DNA of 64,000 bases from a bacterium (GTDB lineage: Bacteria; Bacteroidota; Ignavibacteria; Kapaibacteriales; UBA2268), in contig JAZDIP010000104.1 in assembly GCA_043804925.1 (NCBI GenBank), forward strand, positions 63,538-127,537, written 5' to 3'. Positions 54,265 to 64,000 of this stretch are shown piece after piece. The stretch's first letter is position 1. Each line of letters begins with the position of its first letter. The translations under genes and the position numbers were made by a program. A model generated the notes under the pieces. It saw only the letters and a list, made by a program, of their open reading frames with translations. It made no database searches and had not been told where the DNA came from.

Positions 54265-55632
54265 CTATTTAGTGATTACAAAGGAGTTAAAGTATTGTTC
54301 ACTACCTATATCTATGCGGTATAAATATATTCCGGATGGTAAATTACCGGAATTGAATCTGTATTGTTGTTCACCGGAAGAAAGCCCTGTTAATTTTTTA
54401 CTTGTTACAGGTTTTCCGTTAATATCATAAATAGTGATATTTACATTTCCAGCTTCTTCCAAGGCAAATTGAATTGTTGTTTCATCAGAAAAAGGATTTG
54501 GGTAATTGATAGTTTGGGTATTGCTACTTGTAAAATCATCAATCCCAACAGCTGCATGTTCATATGTGAACCTCACATTTCTTAACCAATCGTCAATTAC
54601 CCAGATGTAGTAAGCATATTCAGTTAGTTGATTGTATGTATCATATGTCAAATTACTGATTTCTTTATTTAACCAGGCATTATTTCTAAACTGCATTTTA
54701 TGTCTTTCAGTTACATTGCCTGCTTCGTCATAAGTAAATGTTGTTTTTGCAGGGTCCGCCCAATCTATAGCTTCCCAATTCTGATAAACTTCCTCAATAA
54801 TTCTATCATTTTCGTCATAGGTCCAAATATAGCGAAAATCATTATTATATTCACCATCATAAAACTTGTAATGAATTCTCGATGTTCTTTTACCAAATTC
54901 GTCATAAAACAAGGAATCCATAAAATCAGAATAAAGTTCTGTTCCGTACCAGAATTTATTTTCCTGAAATATTATATTTGAATTTTCATAGGCAAATACT
55001 GTAATATTTTGATTTTTCCACTCTCCATTTTGGAATTTTTGGTTAAGAAGCTCAATCAAATTTCCATCAACATCGTATGTATAAATTGATTTTGAAGTGT
55101 CTGCCATATATCCCTGATTTCTATAAACTATAATTTCAGAAACACGACCGGATTCATTATAAGAAGTGGATGTTTCTGAAGCATTCAGCCATTCTCCTTC
55201 ATCGTTTTTATAATAATTGGAATTTAAAATAATCCTTTGTTCGTCATCATAAACAAATTCGCTTCTTCCCGAATCTTGCCTACCATCTTCACCCCAAGAA
55301 AGAGTGTTTAAAGTTGTCAATAAATTACCGGTATAATCATAAGTCCACATCATTTCGTCCTGCCAATCAATTGAATCCCATTTCATTTGAAAAAAAAGTT
55401 CTATCTGATTTGATTCATTAAATACCCTTGTTCTTTTGTTTAAATTTATCCATGCGGAATCAGAACCGCCAAAAGATTCGGAATAGATGTATCTTTCTAT
55501 TTTTGGTTCAAGCCCAAGACTTCTCTCCGTTTGGTTAATTGGTTGTGCTATGATTTTGCCTGTTGGAACAACAGACAAAGTAAGATTAGCAAAAAGTATT
55601 ATTGCTAAATAGAATAAATATTTCATGTTCAT
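54265..55632 (-). CDS. YD-repeat protein with a T9SS C-terminal sorting domain (secreted).
   Basis: Signal peptide. YD repeats (WTYDYTGNLLTTL, YTYDVDGNLIELL, WTYDENDRIIEEV, FTYDEAGNVTERH). C-terminal ...SGIYLYRIDIGSEQYFNSFVITK Por-tail. Confidence 0.7.
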   Translation of the reverse strand: MNMKYLFYLAIILFANLTLSVVPTGKIIAQPINQTERSLGLEPKIERYIYSESFGGSDSAWINLNKRTRVFNESNQIELFFQMKWDSIDWQDEMMWTYDYTGNLLTTLNTLSWGEDGRQDSGRSEFVYDDEQRIILNSNYYKNDEGEWLNASETSTSYNESGRVSEIIVYRNQGYMADTSKSIYTYDVDGNLIELLNQKFQNGEWKNQNITVFAYENSNIIFQENKFWYGTELYSDFMDSLFYDEFGKRTSRIHYKFYDGEYNNDFRYIWTYDENDRIIEEVYQNWEAIDWADPAKTTFTYDEAGNVTERHKMQFRNNAWLNKEISNLTYDTYNQLTEYAYYIWVIDDWLRNVRFTYEHAAVGIDDFTSSNTQTINYPNPFSDETTIQFALEEAGNVNITIYDINGKPVTSKKLTGLSSGEQQYRFNSGNLPSGIYLYRIDIGSEQYFNSFVITK

Positions 55633-55868
55633 CTCCTTTTTTTTTAATTATTGACATATTATATCTATACGATATGCCGATAGAATTTGTTTCAAGTAAT
55701 TAATAAATTGTTTCCTTTGTAGTAAGATTTATAGCTCTGTTCCAAAAAGCAATATGGTTTTTGGTTCCTGTTTTGCATGAGTGGCAGAAGCTGGAACCGT
55801 TTTGAATTTTAATTATCAAATTAAAATAAATTACAAAGAAAATTATAAAGTTTAAAATTTTATATCGT

Positions 55869-56807
55869 CTAATTTCCCAATTTTCCTTCTTTAGCATCAT
55901 CCCAAAGAGTTGAGTTCCGAGGGTCAGTGTATTTTAAATTGTCAAAAACATTATTATCTTCGTGAGCATTGAAAATGGTTGCGATTTCCTGGGCTTTTGA
56001 ATCGAAGAAAAGGTCAAGCAGAACACTTGACTCAACTAACTTGTCTTTTTTGAATAATGCAAGTTTATAAATAATATCCTTTAAATTTGTCATTGCCTGG
56101 CTTTTTGAGGTCTCCATCATATCCAAACCATCAACATAATAAGCGAAAATCAATTTACGGAAATCGTAAAAACGCATATTCGTTAATTCTGATGTGATGT
56201 TATATTTTGTGAATTCACCCGGATTGGAATAAGTTGCAAAACCTTCGGCATTATATGATGCTCCAAGTTCTACTATTCTTCTTGCATCTCCAAATGCCGT
56301 ATTTCCGCCAAGTTCTTCCCAGGTGTCTAGTTCAAATCCGATAATCAATAGCATATAGTAATCAATAACACTTGTGAAAGCATCAAATCTCAAGGGATTG
56401 AATGATAAATTAGCCCCCAAAGCATAGTCGAATGCCCATTTGTCTTCATATAATTTTAAATTAACCGATTGCCTGTTGCCTGGTCCATCAATTATCCTTG
56501 TGGAAACGAGAAACATTTTAGCAGAATACCTGTTGTTGTGGCCACCTGAAAGATATATTGTCATCTGCACATTAATAGGGTCACCTTCCCAATCATCCTG
56601 TAAAAAACGTTGATTATTGATGTAATTTTCAATATCCCTTTTCATTGTTGCAACATTATTTCGTGCTTCAAATTCCAGTTGTTCAACATTAACCATGACT
56701 GCAGCTTTTATTTCTTGTGATTTAATCACAAAAGTATTTCCAATTGAAAGAAAAATACTAAGTATGACAAAAAAAGTTAAGCGATTCATAATTCCACCTT
56801 TTTTCAT
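55869..56807 (-). CDS. Secreted hypothetical protein (about 310 aa). Possibly DUF4835-like by recollection.
   Basis: Signal peptide MNRLTFFVILSIFLSIGNTFV. No catalytic motif recognised. Confidence 0.45.
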   Translation of the reverse strand: MKKGGIMNRLTFFVILSIFLSIGNTFVIKSQEIKAAVMVNVEQLEFEARNNVATMKRDIENYINNQRFLQDDWEGDPINVQMTIYLSGGHNNRYSAKMFLVSTRIIDGPGNRQSVNLKLYEDKWAFDYALGANLSFNPLRFDAFTSVIDYYMLLIIGFELDTWEELGGNTAFGDARRIVELGASYNAEGFATYSNPGEFTKYNITSELTNMRFYDFRKLIFAYYVDGLDMMETSKSQAMTNLKDIIYKLALFKKDKLVESSVLLDLFFDSKAQEIATIFNAHEDNNVFDNLKYTDPRNSTLWDDAKEGKLGN

Positions 56808-56955
56808 TAATTATTTGATAATAATCATACAAATTAAACATTTTTTTTTATAACGTAAAAAATTCCTTTAAATTGCTATTATATTTTTAGTTATTAAGCT
56901 AATAATCAAAGATTTTCGGATAGAGTAAGTAGGTTTTTTATTAAAATATGGAAAG

Positions 56956-58173
56956 ATGAAAAGAAGAAATTTTATAAAACTGGCTATTGTCGCTCCTTTG
57001 ATTTTAAAAATGGGATGCTCAAAGGAAGAAGAAAAAAAATTATTACTCGAGGATATTCCAAAATCATTCGATTTTTTGGAAGCAAAAGGTACTTATAGAG
57101 AAATAGGGCTTCAAATCGGCAGAAAAACTGCAGGTACTATTAAATTGATTTTGGAAGAAAGAAAAGAATGGTTCAACAATTTAATGCAGATAGCCGATTC
57201 ATCCGAAGGTGAAAAATATGCTAAGGACTTACTTGATAACACCCGGAATCTCTTTCCGCAATATGCACAAGAGGTTGAGGGAATGGCAATAGGTGCGGGA
57301 GTGGATTTTAAAATAATGTGGGCTTTAACAATTAAAAACGAACTTTCATCTTTTGCTAATCTGGAAGCCGGCTGTTCAACAATTTATTATAAAGAAGATG
57401 GTAAAACATGGCTGTTTCACAATGAGGATGGGGACAAAGCATATTTTAACCGCATGCTGATGCTGAAAGCAATTACTCCTTCAGGTGTGAATTTCTATTC
57501 CTTAGCTTATCCCGGAATTATAGCAGGGGTTGGTCCCTCAATCAACAGTCAGGGCATTTGCCAGACTACCAACTATATCAGTTGTATTAATCCTAAAGTT
57601 GGTATTCCGAGGTATATTATAGGCAGGGCTGTTTTGGAGTCAAAGAACATGGCTGAAGCCATTGAAACTATTACCGTCGAACCAAGAGCATATCCCTGGC
57701 ATCATAATATATTGTCATTAAATAATTCGACTTTTGCTTCTATCGAAACATTACCTAATGGGAAGATAGACGTAAACTATCCCGAAAGTGGTATCTTTGT
57801 TCATACAAATCACGCTATTGGCAGAAATACCGAAAACTATTATTATCAAAATAAAGATTACATTCAGATATCATCGAAACCGAGGTTACAATCGCTTCAG
57901 AAATTAATATCCAATGCAGATTTTCCGGCAAGCAATCCTGAAAAATTCATTAGATTTTTATCATCTCACCAAGGAGAACCTTATTCCCTTTGCAGGCATC
58001 CGGTGATATTTAATAAAAAAGAAACCGTTAATGGGAGTGAAGAAAAAAAAGAAGTCAGGGGGCAAACTCTTGCTACTGCGTTTTTCGATTGCGGTACAAA
58101 GAAAATGAGGATATACAAAGGTAATCCATGCAAAGCAACCATGAAAGAAAATTACAATGAATACTCGTTTTGA
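56956..58173 (+). CDS. Peptidase C45 family (acyl-CoA:6-APA acyltransferase-like Ntn hydrolase) lipoprotein with a Tat-like signal.
   Basis: MKRRNFIKLAIVAPLILKMGCS (RR motif plus lipobox). LEAGCSTIYY (Gly-Cys autoprocessing site) and WLFHNEDG are characteristic of C45/choloylglycine-hydrolase-like proteins. Confidence 0.65.
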   Translation: MKRRNFIKLAIVAPLILKMGCSKEEEKKLLLEDIPKSFDFLEAKGTYREIGLQIGRKTAGTIKLILEERKEWFNNLMQIADSSEGEKYAKDLLDNTRNLFPQYAQEVEGMAIGAGVDFKIMWALTIKNELSSFANLEAGCSTIYYKEDGKTWLFHNEDGDKAYFNRMLMLKAITPSGVNFYSLAYPGIIAGVGPSINSQGICQTTNYISCINPKVGIPRYIIGRAVLESKNMAEAIETITVEPRAYPWHHNILSLNNSTFASIETLPNGKIDVNYPESGIFVHTNHAIGRNTENYYYQNKDYIQISSKPRLQSLQKLISNADFPASNPEKFIRFLSSHQGEPYSLCRHPVIFNKKETVNGSEEKKEVRGQTLATAFFDCGTKKMRIYKGNPCKATMKENYNEYSF

Positions 58174-59873
58174 TTTTCGAGTTCATCTTCAAATACGAAA
58201 CCTCTAACTGTTGATGTAAGCTCATTCAGAATTTCATTCTCATCTTTATTTTCTAGATGTAAAATAGTACAGTTCCCATTCTGACGGTGTACCCAATTAG
58301 AGACAATCCTAATTTCATCAACATCCTCTTTTGTAAAAACAGATAAATTCGATTGTCCGTTATAATACAAAGTATGGATTAATGTTTTTACATGTGATAA
58401 ATCAGCTTTTCTCCCGACAGTACCATGATAATTCAACAAACCAGTCTTAACCATGAACATATCAATTGTCTTTTCCTGAACTGAAGCGGGCAACATAATA
58501 ATAAAATTACTTTTATTCAATGAAGTTGGACTTTTCTCATCCTTAGCAAAAATCTTTCTCAAACCAATAATATCCTGCTTTATTTTCTCTGCTTTTTCAA
58601 ACTCCAGATTTTCGGAATAATACTCCATCTGACTTTCAAGCTGTGCAAGAAGTCCATCAGGAACTCCTGATAGATAAATTCTTATTCTTTCAATCTCCTT
58701 CTTATATTCCTCGGAAGTTATTTGACCAGAACATGGGGACCAGCATTGCTCTAAATGATAATAAAAGCTTGGTTTCTTATCCGGTGACGGCTTTAATTTC
58801 CCGTCGCATTTTCGAATCTTAAATCTCTTATGAATATTATGAACTATTTCCTCAGCTAATGCAGTACTCCGAATCGGTCCATAATATTCCGAACCGTCAG
58901 CTTCTATTGAATTGCATGTTTGAATAGTCGGGAAATCATCAGCTAAAGACAGCTTAATAAAAGGATACGATTTGTATTTTTTATCAACCGTATTGTAATG
59001 CGGCTTATGCTTCTTGATTAATTTAGATTCGAGGAGTAAAGCTTCCAGTTCCGAATCAGTAGATTCCCATTGAATCTTATGTATTAGGCGAAACATTTGT
59101 GCAATTTTTTTTGAAGTAAAAGTATCTACATGAAAATATGACTTTACTCTTTCTTTCAGCGATTTTGCTTTCCCAATATATAGAATTTTATTTCGGCTGT
59201 CAAAGAACTCATATATTCCGGGTGAGTCGGGAAGTAATTCTAATTGGCTGCCAACTCTTTTTAATGTATCGGATGGGGCAACAAAATGCCGGATTGATTT
59301 ATTTTGGAACTTGAGTAAATCTTCGATATTTGCAATACCATGCTCTGCTTCGGCTATTTCGAGTAGCTGAATTAGAAATTTTGCCGTTGCAGAAGCATCA
59401 CCCATAGCCCTGTGCCTGTTATGTACAGGAATACCGAAATACTCAGCAAGAGAACCGACATTTTTCTTTTGTTTTGTTGGTATTAACCGTCTTGCAAGTT
59501 TCAAAGTACAAAGCAAGGGAGATTTTAGCTCATTTAATCCGACACGTTCAAGGGTGTTATTCACAAAACCAAAATCAAATCTTGCATTGTGCGCAGTAAA
59601 TACGGCATTGTTATCGGCGAATAAACCGGATATTTCTTTCAATACACTAAAATCTTCAGGTGCATTGATTACCATATCATAGGTGATACCTGTCATTTGT
59701 GCAATGAAAGGTGGAATGGATTGATGAGGGTTTACAAGTGATTCAAATTCCGATACGATTTCACCGCTTTTGACTGTAACACATGCAATATCGGTAATCC
59801 GGTTCTTTTTGGAATCCGAACCGGTTGTTTCCACGTCAACAACAATGAATGGTATTTCCCAGATTGAGTTCAT
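58152..59873 (-). CDS. Fusion of a DnaQ-like (DEDDh) 3'-5' exonuclease to a GIY-YIG (UvrC/Cho-like) nuclease domain, plus a C-terminal extension.
   Basis: Exo motifs VVDVETTG, HNARFDFGF, HRAMGDA. GIY-YIG domain GIYEFFDSRNKILYIGKAKSLKERVKSYF. Confidence 0.7.
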   Translation of the reverse strand: MNSIWEIPFIVVDVETTGSDSKKNRITDIACVTVKSGEIVSEFESLVNPHQSIPPFIAQMTGITYDMVINAPEDFSVLKEISGLFADNNAVFTAHNARFDFGFVNNTLERVGLNELKSPLLCTLKLARRLIPTKQKKNVGSLAEYFGIPVHNRHRAMGDASATAKFLIQLLEIAEAEHGIANIEDLLKFQNKSIRHFVAPSDTLKRVGSQLELLPDSPGIYEFFDSRNKILYIGKAKSLKERVKSYFHVDTFTSKKIAQMFRLIHKIQWESTDSELEALLLESKLIKKHKPHYNTVDKKYKSYPFIKLSLADDFPTIQTCNSIEADGSEYYGPIRSTALAEEIVHNIHKRFKIRKCDGKLKPSPDKKPSFYYHLEQCWSPCSGQITSEEYKKEIERIRIYLSGVPDGLLAQLESQMEYYSENLEFEKAEKIKQDIIGLRKIFAKDEKSPTSLNKSNFIIMLPASVQEKTIDMFMVKTGLLNYHGTVGRKADLSHVKTLIHTLYYNGQSNLSVFTKEDVDEIRIVSNWVHRQNGNCTILHLENKDENEILNELTSTVRGFVFEDELENQNEYSL

Positions 59874-60101
59874 TTACCTCTATGCTACTTTTAAATCTTT
59901 ACAAAATTAAGTTTTTTATTATTTGAGACGATTTTTAATTATAAACAATTTATGATAAGTTCTTAAGGAAATAAAATGGTTTATCAATAAGTATTAATTC
60001 AGAATAGTATAATAGCTTGTAAATAATAAACTTAGTTGTAACTAAGAGTTAATTCATCTTGCAACTATGTGGATAAATATATACTATTAAAAATTGTTTA
60101 T

Positions 60102-60302
60102 TTATACAACAGCTAATTGTTGATATGATAAATCATTAATGTTAGCATAATTTTTTGCATGCTCAAGAGTCATACTAACTATGTTGCCATTTTTGTCAAG
60201 CTCGACAAGCATATTCTCATTAATATCTTTTGTCTCTTGAATTTCATTATCATTGAAATTCACAAGTAGTGTATCCGTGTCTTGAAAATATTTAATTTGC
60301 AT
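60102..60302 (-). CDS. DUF2283-family protein (putative antitoxin partner of DUF4258).
   Basis: MQIKYFQDTDTLLVNFNDNE...MLVELDKNGNIVSMTLEHA matches the DUF2283 pattern (MKI.YD.E.D.LYI.L....V.LD.DGN.VGIEIL). Confidence 0.6.
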   Translation of the reverse strand: MQIKYFQDTDTLLVNFNDNEIQETKDINENMLVELDKNGNIVSMTLEHAKNYANINDLSYQQLAVV

Positions 60303-60544
60303 TACAATTTCTCCTTAAATGAACGATCAAAAAAAGCGTTATGGATGGTTTCCATATCATCAAGAACAATAACCCTCAAGTATCTCACATCAGCTTCATC
60401 AATTTTTACCCATCTGCGAATTCTACCATCATTTTGAATTTCTTCGTGAATAGGATTGAAGATTGCTTTAACAATCCATTCATCTTTAATATTAACTCTG
60501 TCAGGTCTCTGCCTTGTAAATTCAAAATATTTAGTAAATTTCAT
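60302..60544 (-). CDS. DUF4258-family protein (putative toxin of a DUF4258/DUF2283 pair).
   Basis: ...DGRIRRWVKIDEADVRYLRVIVLDDMETIHNAFF... matches the DUF4258 core. 1-bp overlap with the downstream DUF2283 gene. Confidence 0.55.
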   Translation of the reverse strand: MKFTKYFEFTRQRPDRVNIKDEWIVKAIFNPIHEEIQNDGRIRRWVKIDEADVRYLRVIVLDDMETIHNAFFDRSFKEKL

Positions 60545-60689
60545 TTTTTCCTTATATAAAATATAATTAATAAACGAGAAAAAGAAATTTATATTTTTAT
60601 ATGTTTTCTAATAAGATAAATTTTGAATGTAATCAAAAGGTTAGTCAATATTAAAACATCGTAGCTGTGAAATCTTTGGGTGAAAAAAT

Positions 60690-60732
60690 AATAATAAAAA
60701 ATCCCTAAAACCTGTCAAATTGTTTTAGGGAT
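60690..60732 (-). terminator. Rho-independent terminator of the OMP gene (minus strand).
   Basis: atccctaaaac-ctgtcaaatt-gttttagggat forms an 11-bp stem. In the minus orientation it is followed by a U-rich run (the complement of aaaaaataataataaaaa). Confidence 0.65.
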
Positions 60733-60752
60733 TAAAAATTCATGTTTTCAAA

Positions 60753-61289
60753 TTAGAAATAGAATATCGCTCCAACACCGGAACCTCCTAATGATATCGT
60801 AGTATAAGTAGGTTTAACTTCATTGGTCTCATCTGTTTCAGAATAATACCCTAAAGAGACATACCCATAAACGTGTAAATTTTTAGCTATAGCTGCTTGA
60901 CCGCCAAACATAGCTGCAAAACCCAATCCGCCTTTTCCTTTTTCCGCTCCAATTTGAGTAAGAGTATTATATTCAAGCATCCCACCAATAAAAGGAGAAA
61001 CATCTCTACCTTTAGATAAAAAATACTTAAACATCGCTGTAAAGTTAATGGAAGAGCCTGCATCGGGGGCATAGTCGCTTTCATCGTCATAGCTTGTTGT
61101 GGCATATCCCAATCCAACGCCAACTTCCATATTATCGTTAAGAGCGTAAAAGCAATTAGCAGTTGGTGAACCACTGACAAAACTGGCACCAATACCAATA
61201 GAACCTGCTTCCAACTGAGCATAAGAACTCATCGAAAGCCCAATAAACATTGCTATTGCAGCAATGAAAAATTTTGTCCCTTTTTTCAT
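60753..61289 (-). CDS. Small outer-membrane beta-barrel protein (OmpW/OmpA-like porin family).
   Basis: Signal peptide. Gly/aromatic-rich amphipathic strands. C-terminal ...GVGAIFYF ending in Phe. Confidence 0.65.
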   Translation of the reverse strand: MKKGTKFFIAAIAMFIGLSMSSYAQLEAGSIGIGASFVSGSPTANCFYALNDNMEVGVGLGYATTSYDDESDYAPDAGSSINFTAMFKYFLSKGRDVSPFIGGMLEYNTLTQIGAEKGKGGLGFAAMFGGQAAIAKNLHVYGYVSLGYYSETDETNEVKPTYTTISLGGSGVGAIFYF

Positions 61290-61412
61290 ATTAAAACCTC
61301 CTTATTGTGAAATAAAATATGTTAAAAAAGCAATATAAGAATTTTTATTAAAATAAAAAACAAATTTGGGTAATGAAATTTATCAAACAAACAATTTGAT
61401 AAAATTTAAGAC

Positions 61413-61448
61413 AAAAAAAACCACCCCCTTTTTTGGAGTGTGGTTTTT
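61413..61448. terminator. A-run/hairpin/T-run element (bidirectional terminator-like). A near-identical copy lies at 61856-61897 on the other side of the MNT gene.
   Basis: aaaaaaaaccaccccc-ttttttggagtg-tggtttttcc versus aaaaaaaaccacaccc-tttttcagaatg-tggctttttatttt. Confidence 0.5.
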
Positions 61449-61458
61449 CCTATACAAA

Positions 61459-61785
61459 CTAATTTATTTTAATATCAATTCCCGTTCTAAGGATATGGTT
61501 ATAAATACTTGCCGGCTCATTTGGGTCGTAATCCTCACTGAAAAAAATCTTAGGTTCAATTCTGATGTCAATTTTTGCAGCAATATTCCAAAGTTTTATT
61601 CCAATTTCAAGTATATTTCCATGATTTTTTGAAGACATTTGAACGGCAATATCAATGTCACTCAATTCTGTTGCTGTACCATTAGCATATGAGCCAAAGA
61701 GTACGATTTTGTCTATATCGAATGTTTTTTTAGCTTCTCTACTGAATCTGATAACAATATCTTTAATATCTTCCGGAATAACCAA
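61459..61785 (-). CDS. Minimal nucleotidyltransferase (MNT-type, PF01909) with no adjacent HEPN partner.
   Basis: GSYANGTATELSDIDIAV (GS...DxD nucleotidyltransferase motif). Confidence 0.65.
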   Translation of the reverse strand: MVIPEDIKDIVIRFSREAKKTFDIDKIVLFGSYANGTATELSDIDIAVQMSSKNHGNILEIGIKLWNIAAKIDIRIEPKIFFSEDYDPNEPASIYNHILRTGIDIKIN

Positions 61786-61964
61786 TTTTAAAATTCTTAT
61801 TATTTATGATAAATATAGTTGTCATACTTCATATCTTAAATTTAACAATTTATTTTAAAAAAAACCACACCCTTTTTCAGAATGTGGCTTTTTATTTTAT
61901 CTTGTATCAAATACATATCACCGATTTGTCTTTACATTAAGAATCTTATAATGATCATTAAACA

Positions 61965-63990
61965 TTACATTTTTACAAATCTCGATATTTTACTTCCTGA
62001 TTGAATGAAATATAAACCAACCGGAAAACTGCTAATGTCAATTTTTCCATTGTATAAAGATTCGTAAATTATATTTCCGGTTATGGTATAAACAATAACC
62101 TTCTTCCCATTAATTCCGGATATTGAAATATAATCCATTGCAGGATTGGGTATTATATTGAATTCTACTTCCGGTATTGGATTATCTTTTACTGATATTA
62201 TTTCTCTAACGTCAAATATTCCTAATGAACCATCTTTGGTGCAATATGCAAGGTAATCCTCATCAGATGACAAATTAAGAGATTTAAACGAAGAAAATTG
62301 TTTAAATTTAAAGTCATCTTTCATCCATAATTCATCACCGGTATTTACATCAAAAATCCTGAGTGATGGAGCAACCGCGTCAGCTACAAATAATATTTTA
62401 TTGTTTGACGGTAAAGCTGCCGAGGCAGTTGAATTTGATGACTTACCTGATTTGGCTCTATATGAATTTATTGGGTTATAACTAGCCCCATCATAAATAT
62501 ATGTTCTCCAATCGCTGGCACAAATGATAATGTACTTATCATCTTTCGAAAAACCGACATAACTTATTCCACTACTAGTACTACCCTGACTCGAGTCTGA
62601 ATTAATTGTCTTAATCCTAATATATTCATCTGTATTGCCATTATATTCCATGACTCCAAAAAACTTTTCTTTGGTGCCAAATATTAACTTAGTGCCATCG
62701 GAATTTATAGCCATTGTTTGAAAATCTATTCCATTTGTATCAAATTGCCTGACTTCATCAGATTCTAAATTAATATATTGAATACCTGAATTTCTACCGC
62801 AAGCTAAAATTCTTTTATTATCGTTTGATAAAATAACTGAGCTTAAACTCATTTTGGGAAGTGTATAAGTTTTCTCTATTATCATATTATTTGGATTCTC
62901 GATATCAATTAAATAAATATCTCCGTAATATCCGCAAGCAGCAATTTTCTTTCCGTCTTTTGAGAGATACATATTCATTATCGCTCCCGGGGATATGGAA
63001 TAAGTGTTTTCAAGATTACCCGATAATACATCATAAACTTTTATCTTGCCGCTGTTATAAGATTGTGGATTAATGCTCCCGCTTGCATATATCTTTTGAT
63101 TATCAGGAGAAAAAATGACATTTGAGCAAGAATAGAAATTTTCCCTATTAGCCGCATCTATGGTCAATACCGATTCAAGAGTATTTGTATTGTAAATATT
63201 CGTGATATGAGCATAATCACTTCCTGCCAAATAATTGTCTGAAGGTGAGTAAACCATATCAGGACCATAAATATCAATATCCGTATTTGTTATCTGATTT
63301 GTTTCGATATCCCAAATTTCCAGTTTCCCAATTGGAAAAGTTGAAGTAAAAACCTTTTTATTATCATTTGAAAAAATTGAATATGGATATCGGAAACTGC
63401 TCTTTCTTGAATTTATCAACCCCCCTGTTTCAATAGAATATAATTGGATTGCTTCATTGTGCTTTGTGGTATCATGATTAACAATCAGGAATTTGTTGTC
63501 TTTTGATATGGTAGTGCCGACAGCTGCAGTATTGTTAAACTTTCTTTTGAAAATTTCCGTTTGGGATTTTACATTCCAAACAGAAACCGTTGTATCCCAA
63601 TTTACTGAGCTAATGAATTGCCCGTCATCAGAAAAATTTATCCATTTTAAATTTCCAAAATCCAAATCACCTTCTTTTACAAATTTTTGAGTGTTAAATT
63701 TTTGCAATTTCACAAAAGAACCTTCATACACATAAATTGAACTATCATCTGCAGAAAAAGCAACAGCATTAATCCCCGGGAACATAAGATTGTTTGAAGA
63801 AACATTTGTTATCAATGTTGTATTAGAATCGTCTATATTCACAACTTCCACCGATAAATTATCTACTCTTTTTGCCCCGACAACTAATTTATTATCGTTA
63901 GAAATATCCATTTCATCAAAGATGATTTTACAGGGGATTTCCTTTACCAGACTTTTTTCTTTAACATCCCACATCTGTACGGATTTGCTT
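61965..63990 (-). CDS. Beta-propeller (WD40/PQQ-like) repeat protein with a T9SS C-terminal sorting domain. The N-terminus probably extends beyond the right edge of the window.
   Basis: Many repeated ..S.D...I.....D....I.D.. blades. C-terminal FNIIPNPAMDYISISGINGKKVIVYTITGNIIYESLY...GLYFIQSGSKISRFVKM Por-tail. The ORF is open at the window edge. Confidence 0.65.
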
Positions 63991-64000
63991 TCACCCGCTC

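Overview
This 64-kb window comes from an AT-rich chromosome, roughly one-third GC judged by eye. It carries three proteins with T9SS-type C-terminal sorting domains, several YD-repeat lipoproteins and an AT-rich intergenic architecture. On that basis it looks like an FCB-group bacterium (Ignavibacteriota/Bacteroidota-like); this is inference and could not be checked by search.

Conserved housekeeping genes make up the backbone: a TonB-dependent receptor fragment, dCMP deaminase, an OmpA-family lipoprotein, an OPT transporter, a PpiD/SurA-like chaperone, hpnC-hpnD squalene-synthase paralogs, an MtaB-like radical-SAM enzyme, truA, a tryptophanase-family lyase, a Cys/Met PLP enzyme, ftsQ-ftsA-ftsZ, a CoA-transferase, an HMG-CoA lyase-like enzyme and a C45 peptidase.

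Interleaved with these is a large amount of accessory and unusual material:
- an N-terminally truncated ('orphan') RHS core plus C-terminal toxin module with a secreted partner gene;
- a 5-gene envelope operon (glycine-zipper protein, LolA-like, extended YidD-like, two paralogous TPR proteins with a C-terminal PGLGxxYxG membrane motif);
- an Rrf2-controlled redox operon (cupin, DUF438/hemerythrin-like, DUF1858, 4Fe-4S protein);
- tandem UmuD-like S24 peptidases with no UmuC;
- at least three toxin-antitoxin pairs (zeta-like P-loop kinase with a coupled downstream small gene, MazEF-like, DUF4258/DUF2283), an orphan MNT nucleotidyltransferase, two GxxExxY (PD-(D/E)XK-like) genes embedded in repeats, and a truncated four-helix-bundle (23S-IVS family) gene;
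- a ~4.7-kb repeat-rich island directly downstream of ftsZ. It contains a tandem ~320-bp duplication, GC-rich hairpins, a two-gene membrane-protein cassette of unknown function, a DNA-methyltransferase N-terminal remnant and a 1.3-kb non-coding stretch ending in a strong plus-strand terminator;
- a 3-copy palindromic direct-repeat mini-array next to the MazEF module.

A striking genome-specific feature is that many intergenic spacers are built from concatenated 7-mer word repeats (AATGTAR, TTAGTAA, TTGTTAA, GACAGAA, GGGAAAA, CCCTAAA and their complements), plus a dispersed hairpin family TGTCATTCC-N-GGAATC.

No transposase, integrase, rRNA or tRNA was recognised. All family assignments rest on motif recognition by eye, because no database search could be run.
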